Virus record (IMG/VR): IMGVR_UViG_3300003323_000920
Origin: a virus
DNA: 64,000 nucleotides
Strand: one strand, 5' to 3'
The translations under genes were made by a program, and so were the position numbers. Numbering within the stretch: the first letter of the stretch is position 1; each line of letters opens with the position of its first letter. A model generated the notes under the pieces. That model saw nothing but the letters and a program-made list of their open reading frames with translations, searched no databases and was not told the DNA's origin. Below are positions 55,830-64,000 of the stretch, piece by piece.

Positions 55830-56260
55830 TCGTTCACTTTTTCTTTCAATATTCCTAATTCGACGAATTCATATCTCACAGCTACCCAGTCCACATATGC
55901 TCTTGGATGTATCGGAAATTCCTCATCATAGAATACACCATCTATATTGTAGATTAACGGGCATCCTATTGCCGCATCATCCACATAACGATGAGCATAA
56001 ATTTTTGGAGATTTCGTCCAAATTTTCTGGGAAGGATTTTCATTCACGCCATATAACTCAATACCTCTTTTTTTAAACCAGTTAGCAGCCTCCTCCAATT
56101 TCTCATCTGATCTCATCGTGTTAAGAATGATTTTATGACCATTTGCCTGGATATCAAGTAACACATCCACTGCATCTGGTACATCCTTACCAACTAATGG
56201 GTAATCGTGGGTTACAACGGTCCCATCAAAATCTACAGCTATATAAACCTCCTTATTCAT
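55826..56260 (-). CDS. HAD-superfamily hydrolase-like protein
   Basis: IAVDFDGTVV motif I; ILNTMR; YVDD. Confidence 0.85.
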   Translation of the reverse strand: MNKEVYIAVDFDGTVVTHDYPLVGKDVPDAVDVLLDIQANGHKIILNTMRSDEKLEEAANWFKKRGIELYGVNENPSQKIWTKSPKIYAHRYVDDAAIGCPLIYNIDGVFYDEEFPIHPRAYVDWVAVRYEFVELGILKEKVNE

Positions 56261-56400
56261 TTCAATCTTTCAAAAATTCTAGTGCTGAAAAAATATCTAC
56301 GACTAATACAATCCCCAATAATACACACAACTTATATTCAGTTATTTCCATTGATATTCCTACAACACAGAATAGTGTGTAGGCTATTATTCTTATTATT

Positions 56401-57669
56401 TTATAAAGGGTTTTGTTCATTCATTTCGGTTTTATCTTCTACTGCTTTCATCATTAATTCACCCTCTTTAGCTAGGGGATCATGTGTTACATACAAATGT
56501 CCAAATGGGGATCTAATAGATGTGTAAACATGGGTATCAACACTTGGATCTACATTGTCACCAAAGAATATCCACCTGCCCAATTCTTTTAGATGATTTT
56601 TAATATCCAACTGCAATCTATCCATTTCACTTTCTGTTAATAAAATTTCAATACTACAGTCAGGTCCTAAACCATTTTTGGTTTTGAACTCGTAAATCTT
56701 TTCTTTGACTATTTCCAATAAGGTATTATTCATGACTACTTTTTAATATTTCAAATCGTTTAATTAACTCACAAAACAACATATCTGGGTCTTTATTAAA
56801 ATTCACTGGGATCTCTAAACACCAATCCTTTCCACCAGACATTGCCAACCTCGTAATCCAATCCTTACATTGATCTATTAATTCTTCATCAGTCAAGGTA
56901 CATCCTATGTCTTCACTCATAATAGTAGGTTTGTTTAACCTGGTGAATAATGGGTTCCTTTTCCCCTCTTGCATTTATCCTGGTACCAAAATTGAAATAG
57001 GTTTGGCCTTTCAAATAGGCTTTAAGATGGGCATTTTCAAATTTTAACGCTTCTTTAGGAATGGGATCACCATGTTTGTCTGTAGTTCGTGTATATACTA
57101 TACCTAAAAATCTACGTCTGAGTTTTTGTTCACTTTTACTTTGGGTCATTTACAATATAATATATTTATCACCTGTCTGTCCATTTACTAAATGATGTGC
57201 ATCCCACTCATTTGCTTCTCTTATTCCAATAAAATTTGGAATAATTTTTTCATTAAGATAACCCAATACTTTGGTGTCTAATGGAAATTTTTGAAGAAAT
57301 TCTATTAACTGCCCTACATTTTCTATGTAATTATAGATAGGTGGTGGAGGTGTTGGATTATCCTTCCAATACTGGATCATATCGGGATGATAAGTAGTAC
57401 CAGTTGTAGTTGTACTACTGGAGGTAGGGATCTCACTATTCATTCACATTAACATTTTCTTTTGATTTCTCTTTCTTTTGTCTTTTTTGGTGAGACACTG
57501 GAGTTTTGAGTCCTGAATTATGTAATAAGTTATTTATTAAAGTATTTACACTTTCTGGATCACCAAATGTTCCTAATGAGTCATATACTAAATTCTTTAA
57601 GTCATTAACACTCATTAACACGAATTCCTTGTCATTTGAATTAGGTACCAATTTTCTTTTTATTTTCAT
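56401..57669 (-). other. hypothetical ORFs (56401-56733, 56726-56974, 56913-57149, 57150-57443, 57436-57669)
   Basis: Co-oriented coupled ORFs. Confidence 0.55.
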
Positions 57670-57685
57670 ACTTTGATATTTTATA

Positions 57686-57757
57686 CAAATTTACTTATTA
57701 TTTTCCAAATTTTTTTATTTTTCTATTTTTCTATTTGAAATGTTTTCCCTATATTTG
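57686..57757. promoter_or_regulatory. divergent Bacteroidota-type promoters
   Basis: caaattta (57686-93, minus) and tatatttg (57750-57, plus) with an A/T motif between them. Confidence 0.65.
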
Positions 57758-57764
57758 CATTGTT

Positions 57765-58100
57765 GAAGTAAAATACTCCCCCTACTTATGCCCTGATTTC
57801 AGCTGGAGCAATCCAGTAGGTTGTAAGGATTCCATGAGAGGGCGAGATTACCTGGTGAGAAAGGATAAATATCTGGTTCAGCATGTCCAGTTTTTTGTAT
57901 AAAATACTGGACAATTTTTGCAGGATTTTTATCTGGTCATTCTCATAATTCCAGGTTTAACAGGACAATCCAGAAGTTCCCTACCATAAAACGTGGTAAG
58001 CGAAGTGGAACCATTGTAATAAAACCAGGTAACCCAGCGGTGTTGGGCTAGAATTCAGGAAAGAAACTGCATTCGATTGGTAAAAGGCGCTGGAAAGAAA
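57765..58100 (+). ncRNA. candidate ~330-nt structured ncRNA or leader
   Basis: Starts just after a promoter; 9-bp long-range stem, GCAA tetraloop, possible pseudoknot, at least four more hairpins; no ORF of 60 aa or more. Confidence 0.5.
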
Positions 58101-58254
58101 TGTTAAATCTTCTTCTTTATTTTCAAATTTTTGCTCCCTTTTAACCCTACGTGTATCTACTAAGATTCACTAGTCTCAAATTAAAGGTCTAACAAACCAC
58201 CATCCCAGATGAAGGGATTGTATTTTAAAGGGGTGCGATTTTTAATTCAAGCAT

Positions 58255-58638
58255 ATGGAAGCGAAATATAACCCTGAAACTACAGACAGTAGCGATAAAA
58301 AATTGCAGATCAAACTTTTGGAGTACCAGAAGCAAGATGAAGAGATAATTGAACATTATCGAAGAAAAATGGGTGTGTATTTACCCAAACTTTCTACCAT
58401 TGAAACTTATAATGGCCTCATAGAATACGTACAGGAAATGTATTTGAATGGGATGATAGTTGGGGATGAATTTGTGATGAAGCCTTCTGAGGAACAAAGG
58501 AACAAATTAATAGATTCCACCTATTTATCCTTATATGGAGATTTAAAAATAGGAGAACCAACTGGATTTTATAACCATTATCAAGAGGGTGGATTTGTAA
58601 TTGAAACATTTTTTGGTGTTAAAATAATTATAAAATGA
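58255..58638 (+). CDS. hypothetical protein
   Basis: First plus-strand ORF after the structured region. Confidence 0.55.
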   Translation: MEAKYNPETTDSSDKKLQIKLLEYQKQDEEIIEHYRRKMGVYLPKLSTIETYNGLIEYVQEMYLNGMIVGDEFVMKPSEEQRNKLIDSTYLSLYGDLKIGEPTGFYNHYQEGGFVIETFFGVKIIIK

Positions 58639-58717
58639 AAGGATTCATAAAATGGTTCCTTGATGGTTGGAATGAAATAGATCCTTTTCAAGAAGCTGTA
58701 TTAGCAGATCTCAATGA

Positions 58718-59005
58718 ATGGATGAAATCAAAACAAAAAAAAATAAAAAAATGAGTGACATTAAAATTCCCACAGTAGGAAGACAAATACATTATTTCCC
58801 ATGTGAACATGACTTTCATTGTTCATACAATGGAGCTGAAGTATTACCAGCAACAGTCGTACAGGTATTTAGTACAAGGCTTAATCTTGCAGTTACTTGC
58901 ATGAATGTAGATGGACCAGTAGTACTCAGATTTTCTGTACCTCATAAAAGTGAAGCGGATGCTGGAGGGATAATGTCATATTGGGATTGGCCGGAAATGA
59001 AATAA
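58718..59005 (+). CDS. conserved phage protein (likely start 58751)
   Basis: PTVGRQIHY...LPATVVQV...NLAV...W.WP pattern. Confidence 0.65.
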   Translation: MDEIKTKKNKKMSDIKIPTVGRQIHYFPCEHDFHCSYNGAEVLPATVVQVFSTRLNLAVTCMNVDGPVVLRFSVPHKSEADAGGIMSYWDWPEMK

Positions 59006-59050
59006 GCGAATTAAAATATTTTTTATATATTTTCATCATATTTCTATAAC

Positions 59051-59653
59051 ATGTTGAAAATAGGTATAACAGGTGGTATTGGTTCCGGCAAAAGCACGGT
59101 GGCAAAAATATTTGAGCTGCTGGGTATTCCCGTATATTATGCGGATGCGGCTGCCAAAGACATTATGAACCGTGACCCGGAACTGAAGGCCCAGGTGCAG
59201 CAGAATTTTGGCGCGGATATGTATGACAGTAACGGGCAGCTGGACCGTAAACGCCTTAGCAACATTATTTTCAACCACCAGGAAAAACTACTACTGCTGA
59301 ATTCCCTGGTGCACCCGGCTACCATCCGCGATTCTGAGCAATGGGCTCTGAGGCAAAAATCACCCTATCTACTGAAAGAAGCCGCCCTGCTGTTTGAATC
59401 AGAATCTTTTCGTTACTTGGATAAGATCATCGGCGTATCTGCCCCGCAGCCTTTGCGCATCTTACGTACCATGCAGCGGGATAAGGTTAGCCACAATGAA
59501 GTTTTTGCCCGTATGCATAAACAAATGGATGAAACCATTAAAATGCGTTTATGCGATTACGTGATCTATAACGATGAACAGCAGATGGTAATACCGCAGG
59601 TGCTGAGATTACATCAAGAATTAAACTTAATGAGCCGGAACGCCTCTACATAA
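59051..59653 (+). CDS. coaE: dephospho-CoA kinase
   Basis: KIGITGGIGSGKST, ADAAAK, LDRKRL, LNSLVHP, EAALLFE, R..QM, DYVIYND; GC about 47-53% vs about 30% in flanks. Confidence 0.95.
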   Translation: MLKIGITGGIGSGKSTVAKIFELLGIPVYYADAAAKDIMNRDPELKAQVQQNFGADMYDSNGQLDRKRLSNIIFNHQEKLLLLNSLVHPATIRDSEQWALRQKSPYLLKEAALLFESESFRYLDKIIGVSAPQPLRILRTMQRDKVSHNEVFARMHKQMDETIKMRLCDYVIYNDEQQMVIPQVLRLHQELNLMSRNAST

Positions 59654-59719
59654 AGCGCACCAATTGATCTGATCAACAGATATCACCTAAAAGACGTTTT
59701 AGGAGTCGGACATATTAGT

Positions 59720-59752
59720 AACCAGGTATTTTTATACTCTGGTTTTTTCTTT
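59720..59752 (+). terminator. intrinsic terminator after coaE
   Basis: accag-gtat-tttt-atac-t-ctggt followed by T-tract. Confidence 0.65.
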
Positions 59753-59871
59753 TTTAGCATTATATAGCATTCCGTAGTTGTATATATCTTCTGTACGCTT
59801 GGTAACTATTTTGATTATATTTAACTTTACAGTGTGATTGAGTATAATTGATTTAGTTAGAAAAACCAACA

Positions 59872-60267
59872 GTGAAAGAGAAAATTTACGCACAAAAAAT
59901 AAAAAAGGAATGTAATTCCCCAGTTGAGTTAGCCCAAAAATACTACTCCACGCTTTTAGTACTAAATAACATATCTCTTTCTCAGCGTGAAATTGAATTA
60001 ATTTCATTCACAGCAGTACGTGGTACAATTTCTTCATCATCTGCAAAAGATGAATTTATCCGGCAATTTGGATCATCAGTGGACACTATAAACAACATGA
60101 TTTCTAAATTGCGTAAAAAAAGTCTTTTGATTAAACAAAATGGAAAGACAAAAATACATCCCTCAATAGCTCTGGATTTTAATCATAAGACATTTGTAAT
60201 TCAATTAAAGCTAAATATAAAACCGAAAGATGGACTTAGTGAAGGAATGGTCAAAGAAGATAATTAA
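59872..60267 (+). CDS. winged-helix DNA-binding-like protein
   Basis: LSQREIELI...SVDTINNMISKLRKKSLL. Confidence 0.5.
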   Translation: MKEKIYAQKIKKECNSPVELAQKYYSTLLVLNNISLSQREIELISFTAVRGTISSSSAKDEFIRQFGSSVDTINNMISKLRKKSLLIKQNGKTKIHPSIALDFNHKTFVIQLKLNIKPKDGLSEGMVKEDN

Positions 60268-60589
60268 GCAAACTTGTGAAATATTAAATCAACCAGAAGA
60301 TATTGTTACCGCTGTTCACCAGGATCAATGGAAAAGGGCCAAAAGTTCTGCAAAGGAATGTAATCAAATTGAATTTTCTGGATTAGGTAGGTTTACAACG
60401 AAAGCCAAGAAAATAGATAAGCAACTTATTAAATATACCAATCTTTTCAATGCTTGGATACAATGTAAGAAAACTGAAACCGATTTGGGCAAATTACATG
60501 CCCTAGATACAAAGTTGACTCAGATGGAGGCTCAGATAGAAAATTTGGAAAAAAGAATCAAAAGGAGGGAAAATGAAAATAAATGTTAA
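60230..60589 (+). CDS. HU/IHF-like DNA-binding protein
   Basis: IEFSGLGRFTTK beta-arm motif; position upstream of TerL as in crAss-like phages. Confidence 0.55.
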   Translation: MDLVKEWSKKIIKQTCEILNQPEDIVTAVHQDQWKRAKSSAKECNQIEFSGLGRFTTKAKKIDKQLIKYTNLFNAWIQCKKTETDLGKLHALDTKLTQMEAQIENLEKRIKRRENENKC

Positions 60590-60887
60590 AAATATATTAA
60601 CAGGAGCAATTAATTCTGTTATTATAAAAGAAGAAATAGAAATAGTAGCTAAGGAAAGGGAAAAAATATGTAGTGATTGTGAATGGCAATCTGAGAACGC
60701 AAAATTGAGAGGGTATAAAACCTATCGACCTGACACCTTTTGTACTGATTGTTTGTGTAACCTCCATATGAAAACCCGCGTACTTTCTGAAAAATGCCCA
60801 ATGAATAAATGGTCTGCTGAAGTTAGCGATGAAGAAGATGAAAAAATACAAGAAATATTAAAGAAGGAAAATGAAGCCAAAGCATGA
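60573..60887 (+). CDS. Zn-finger protein
   Basis: REKICSDC...FCTDCLC..HMKTR...CPMNKW. Confidence 0.65.
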   Translation: MKINVKNILTGAINSVIIKEEIEIVAKEREKICSDCEWQSENAKLRGYKTYRPDTFCTDCLCNLHMKTRVLSEKCPMNKWSAEVSDEEDEKIQEILKKENEAKA

Positions 60888-61155
60888 TTACTATAGTAAA
60901 ATAATAGAATTACTAAAGAACCTCAAAAAGAATTATCCAAATTACGAATTCTCTACTCATATTACTACGGCCACCGCAGATTATGAAGATGTGGGTGGAT
61001 TAACAGACAGGCAACTTTATGATCTTCTGGTAAAATATGAATTTGATTTAGGTGTGGATGCAAATCTGATCGCCCCAGAATCCGATGTAGACCGCATCCT
61101 AAGAGAAGGTTTAAGTTTAGATACTCTTCTTGATGAAGAAGATGATGAATATTAG
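60871..61155 (+). CDS. hypothetical protein
   Basis: Coupled ORF with acidic C-terminus. Confidence 0.55.
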   Translation: MKPKHDYYSKIIELLKNLKKNYPNYEFSTHITTATADYEDVGGLTDRQLYDLLVKYEFDLGVDANLIAPESDVDRILREGLSLDTLLDEEDDEY

Positions 61156-61377
61156 ATAAATAATCGGAAATCCTCCGATAATTTCCATATCCCTTTACTA
61201 TGCAAATTACATTTGTTAATGTATGGAAGGCATATAATGAATATGCATATCAGGAAAGTGATCTTGATCTAAGTTTCCGTTTCCTATATAACAGATGTGT
61301 TAATAGAAAGAGAATATACCTTGGAATACTAGGATTTGGTATTTCGTTAACCTGGAACCCCAAAAAGAAACTACATA

Positions 61378-61695
61378 ATGCCAAGAAAGAAAATCTATGT
61401 TGAGATGGAATTGGAGTGGGCTGAAGTACAGCTCCACAATTGGAGAGAATATATAGATGCCAATCCTATAGACCTTTTAACTGATAGAATTGAATGGGTG
61501 GATGGAAAATATGGATTAACCCCCAAAGTTATTCAATCAAAAGAAAATCAAATAAAGTCTGTTCAAGAAACCCTCGTTAAATATCTAACCCTTTTAAAAG
61601 AAGTGAATGAAATGCGTGAAGGTAGAGAAATGAGGGTAGCAGCCAAAGGAGATATAGAAATACCCCATAGAATGAAAAAGTCTGATGGAAATTAA
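61378..61695 (+). CDS. conserved protein directly upstream of TerL (possible small terminase)
   Basis: Position and helical character only. Confidence 0.35.
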   Translation: MPRKKIYVEMELEWAEVQLHNWREYIDANPIDLLTDRIEWVDGKYGLTPKVIQSKENQIKSVQETLVKYLTLLKEVNEMREGREMRVAAKGDIEIPHRMKKSDGN

Positions 61696-63736
61696 GACTA
61701 CAGAATTTTTTAAAAATTATCATCTACTGCCTAAAAGAAATACCCCAGAATTCGAGCAATTAGTTGACGAAGAAATTGAGAAATGTAAAGGTGGTGTTAC
61801 AGTCAATGGAATATACTTTTCCGGTTGGCTCTATTTTTATTTGAACCATTGGTGGATTCGTGTAGATAAAAAAGATAATTACGGAAATATTGTAAAAGAA
61901 CCCCTCCAACCATATTTAAGGGATAACGAATGGATCCGGTCAGAAGCTTTAGAACAATGTCGCCAACAGATGAAAGGCTACATGGAAATTGGTCTAAGGC
62001 AAGGTGGTAAATCTGAATTTGAGGCATCTATTACTGCTTACAATGCATTAATGTTCAAAGATACTCAAAATGTAATTGTTGGTGGTAATGATCCTGACTT
62101 AGGATTGTTAAAAGATAAAATAGATTTTGGTTTAAAAAGAGTTTGGGAAGGACTGGCAATTCCCCGGTTGGATAAAGACTGGAGGAAATCGATGGTCAAA
62201 TTGGGCTATAAACAAAAAGATAATGAAGATGAAATATGGTCCTATTTAATTATCAGAAACGCAGATGGGGGCGATAATACCGAAGCACCAGCAGGTACAA
62301 CCGCTAAATCCTTTGTAATGGATGAAGTGGGTAAATACGAATTTAGTCCTGTATTTACCGCCGCAAAACCTGCATTTATATCAGAATTTGGTTGGCGAAC
62401 TATTCCAGTATTAGTAGGAACTGGTGGTTCTTTTGAAAAGGGGAATGATGCCAAAAGGTTCTTTGAAAATCCAGAAGCTAACAACTTCTTAGCATTTGTT
62501 GATCCTGAGACTGGAGCTAAAACCTGTCTTTTTATGCCGGGGTGGTATCGGCAAGATTGTAAATATGATACAACATTAGATAGGTTTCTTATAGATGTTA
62601 GGGGAATGGAACTCAGTGATGTTTCTGAATTATCCAAGATTCCTATTAAAGTTGCCGATAAAGAAAGGGCCATTGCCAGAATAAAAGCTGATAGAGAACA
62701 AAAAGCAAAGGATCCAGATCAAACAGATTATTTAAAGGAAATAATGTATCATCCGCTTACTACTGCGGAGTGCTTTTTATCTTCGGCTACAAATTTTTAT
62801 AATGGTGAATTAGCAGCAAAGCAAAAGACCAAATTAATTGAAAATAATGTTACTGGATCCTGTGTATTTCTAAAACACGATGGTGAAAAAATAATACATG
62901 AATTTGTTCCTCATAAACGACCTATTTCTTCTCACCCAGTTAAAAAAACTGAAGATTTAGATGCCCCTATTGTGATCTGGGAAATGCCCATCTCAAATCC
63001 ACCATATGGTCTTTATGTAGCTGGAGTTGACCCATATAGACAAGATCAAGCTACTTATAGTGATTCGTTAGGGGCTGTATATATATATAAAAGAATGCAT
63101 GATATTGCTGGGGAAAAATTGCAAGATGCATTTGTTGCGGCGTATGTTGCCAGGCCAAAAGACAAAGGTAAATGGGAAGAGCAAGCCCGATTACTTATAA
63201 AATATTATAATGCGAGAGCTTTGTGTGAAAATGATGAAATAAGTTTTATTGATTACATGATCGACAAAGGAGATGAGCATTATTTAGAACCGCAGCCCGA
63301 TTGGCTTAAAACTATTGTACCTAATTCCAAAGTGGATAGAAAAAAGGGTATTCATAGGTCAAGTGAAAGTATAAGAACACACCTCAGAGGTTTATTCAAA
63401 ACCTATATGGAGGAAAAAATTCACACAGAAAAAGATGAACATGGTTCAATCATAAAGGAAACCTATGGTATTTCCCGCGTACTTGATCCAATGTTGTGTG
63501 AAGAAGTTGCTACTTGGAATATAGATGGAAACTTTGACCGTGAAGTTGCTGCATCCCTGGCAATCGCACAGGCCAGGCATATGGATCCAAGAATTGGAAA
63601 AGTTAATTCAGCCGAACAAGATCCTCGTTACAAATCCTACTTTGAAAGAAATAAAAGTAACCCCACTTCCCTTTTTAAAGAAAAGAAAAACAGTACAATA
63701 CGAAAAGGAAGTAGAATAAAAAGATTATTTAAATAG
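61685..63736 (+). CDS. terL: terminase large subunit
   Basis: Walker A GLRQGGKS, Walker B FVMDE, VGTGG, nuclease VAGVDPY, YYNA...EN, GNFDR. Confidence 0.93.
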   Translation: MEIKTTEFFKNYHLLPKRNTPEFEQLVDEEIEKCKGGVTVNGIYFSGWLYFYLNHWWIRVDKKDNYGNIVKEPLQPYLRDNEWIRSEALEQCRQQMKGYMEIGLRQGGKSEFEASITAYNALMFKDTQNVIVGGNDPDLGLLKDKIDFGLKRVWEGLAIPRLDKDWRKSMVKLGYKQKDNEDEIWSYLIIRNADGGDNTEAPAGTTAKSFVMDEVGKYEFSPVFTAAKPAFISEFGWRTIPVLVGTGGSFEKGNDAKRFFENPEANNFLAFVDPETGAKTCLFMPGWYRQDCKYDTTLDRFLIDVRGMELSDVSELSKIPIKVADKERAIARIKADREQKAKDPDQTDYLKEIMYHPLTTAECFLSSATNFYNGELAAKQKTKLIENNVTGSCVFLKHDGEKIIHEFVPHKRPISSHPVKKTEDLDAPIVIWEMPISNPPYGLYVAGVDPYRQDQATYSDSLGAVYIYKRMHDIAGEKLQDAFVAAYVARPKDKGKWEEQARLLIKYYNARALCENDEISFIDYMIDKGDEHYLEPQPDWLKTIVPNSKVDRKKGIHRSSESIRTHLRGLFKTYMEEKIHTEKDEHGSIIKETYGISRVLDPMLCEEVATWNIDGNFDREVAASLAIAQARHMDPRIGKVNSAEQDPRYKSYFERNKSNPTSLFKEKKNSTIRKGSRIKRLFK

Positions 63737-63738
63737 TA

Positions 63739-64000
63739 ATGGCTATTATAAAACATGTTGAGCATAATATTTTTGAAAGCTCATATCAATTCGGTTACCC
63801 TAAACAGATGGTCTCTGATAAGGAGAAAAAATCTGATGAATGGATAAAAAATAATCTTGACTGGTTTGAGTGGGAAGCCCTCAAACAATATAACAGAAAT
63901 AAAGAAACTTTTGCTAAAAATTACAATTTAGTCAAAGGGATCCTTACACCAGAAGATTTTTACGAAGAACCTGAAGTATCAGAGTTAATAGATACCCTTT
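63739..64000 (+). CDS. portal protein N-terminus (truncated by window edge)
   Basis: Read by hand: MAIIKHVEHNIFESSYQFGYPKQMVSDKEKKSDEWIKNNLDWFE...NYNLVKG; directly follows TerL. Confidence 0.75.
   Translation, partial: MAIIKHVEHNIFESSYQFGYPKQMVSDKEKKSDEWIKNNLDWFEWEALKQYNRNKETFAKNYNLVKGILTPEDFYEEPEVSELIDTL

Larger units (their letters stand above)
1..64000. mobile_element. crAss-like (Crassvirales-type) bacteriophage genome segment, probable Bacteroidota host
   Basis: TerL followed by a crAss-type portal N-terminus (YPKQMVSDKEKKSDEWIKNNLDW); crAss-type PolB, primase and SSB set; HU/IHF-like and Zn-finger genes before TerL; dense small ORFs; no host housekeeping operons. Confidence 0.85.

Noticed and set aside
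57150-57669. TerL-like words (YHPDMIQYWKD; LVPNS; YDSLG) in two small ORFs
   Set aside because: Matches of 4-5 residues without colinear support are expected by chance
59051-59653. prophage boundary or attachment site at coaE
   Set aside because: Phage genes continue on both sides, no other host genes or integrase are present, and no flanking direct repeat was seen
21900-63736. introns or inteins in PolB, helicases or TerL
   Set aside because: Motifs are contiguous at normal spacing, with no HNH/LAGLIDADG ORFs or intein motifs seen
1-64000. stop-codon reassignment (known in some crAss-like phages)
   Set aside because: PolB, helicases, primase and TerL are full-length in the standard code, and TAG and TGA both end genes normally

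Overview
The whole window is phage DNA: a 64-kb piece of a crAss-like (Crassvirales-type) genome, probably infecting an environmental Bacteroidota host. Host evidence is TAnnTTTG promoters, Shine-Dalgarno-less gene starts, an SSB-like DDDLPF tail and a Chitinophagaceae-like coaE. Layout: (1) 1-24 kb, minus strand, a replication/recombination module (PD-(D/E)XK nucleases, AAA+ ATPase, UNG-like protein, primase, nucleotidyltransferase, SSB, ERF, macro domain, SF2 helicase, GHKL ATPase, DnaB-like helicase, family-B polymerase); (2) 24-41 kb, minus strand, dozens of small accessory ORFs; (3) 41.3-44.8 kb, a mostly non-coding, hairpin-rich control region where transcription diverges; (4) 44.8-57.7 kb, two convergent accessory arrays; (5) 58-64 kb, plus strand, the start of the packaging module (HU/IHF-like, Zn-finger, TerL, portal). 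The standard genetic code fits. No cas genes, integrase, reverse transcriptase or complete tRNA were found. Main leads: small stand-alone ORFs that are fragments of the large terminase (alignable by eye to the TerL in this window) and possibly of the major capsid protein, a candidate decoy system; a 39-nt repeat pair with fully compensatory hairpin changes; two ~300-nt structured ncRNA candidates; a high-GC host-like coaE insert; and a membrane-anchored Ppx/NTPDase-fold enzyme paired with a PspA-like protein. All functional calls are by-eye motif recognition, not database searches.
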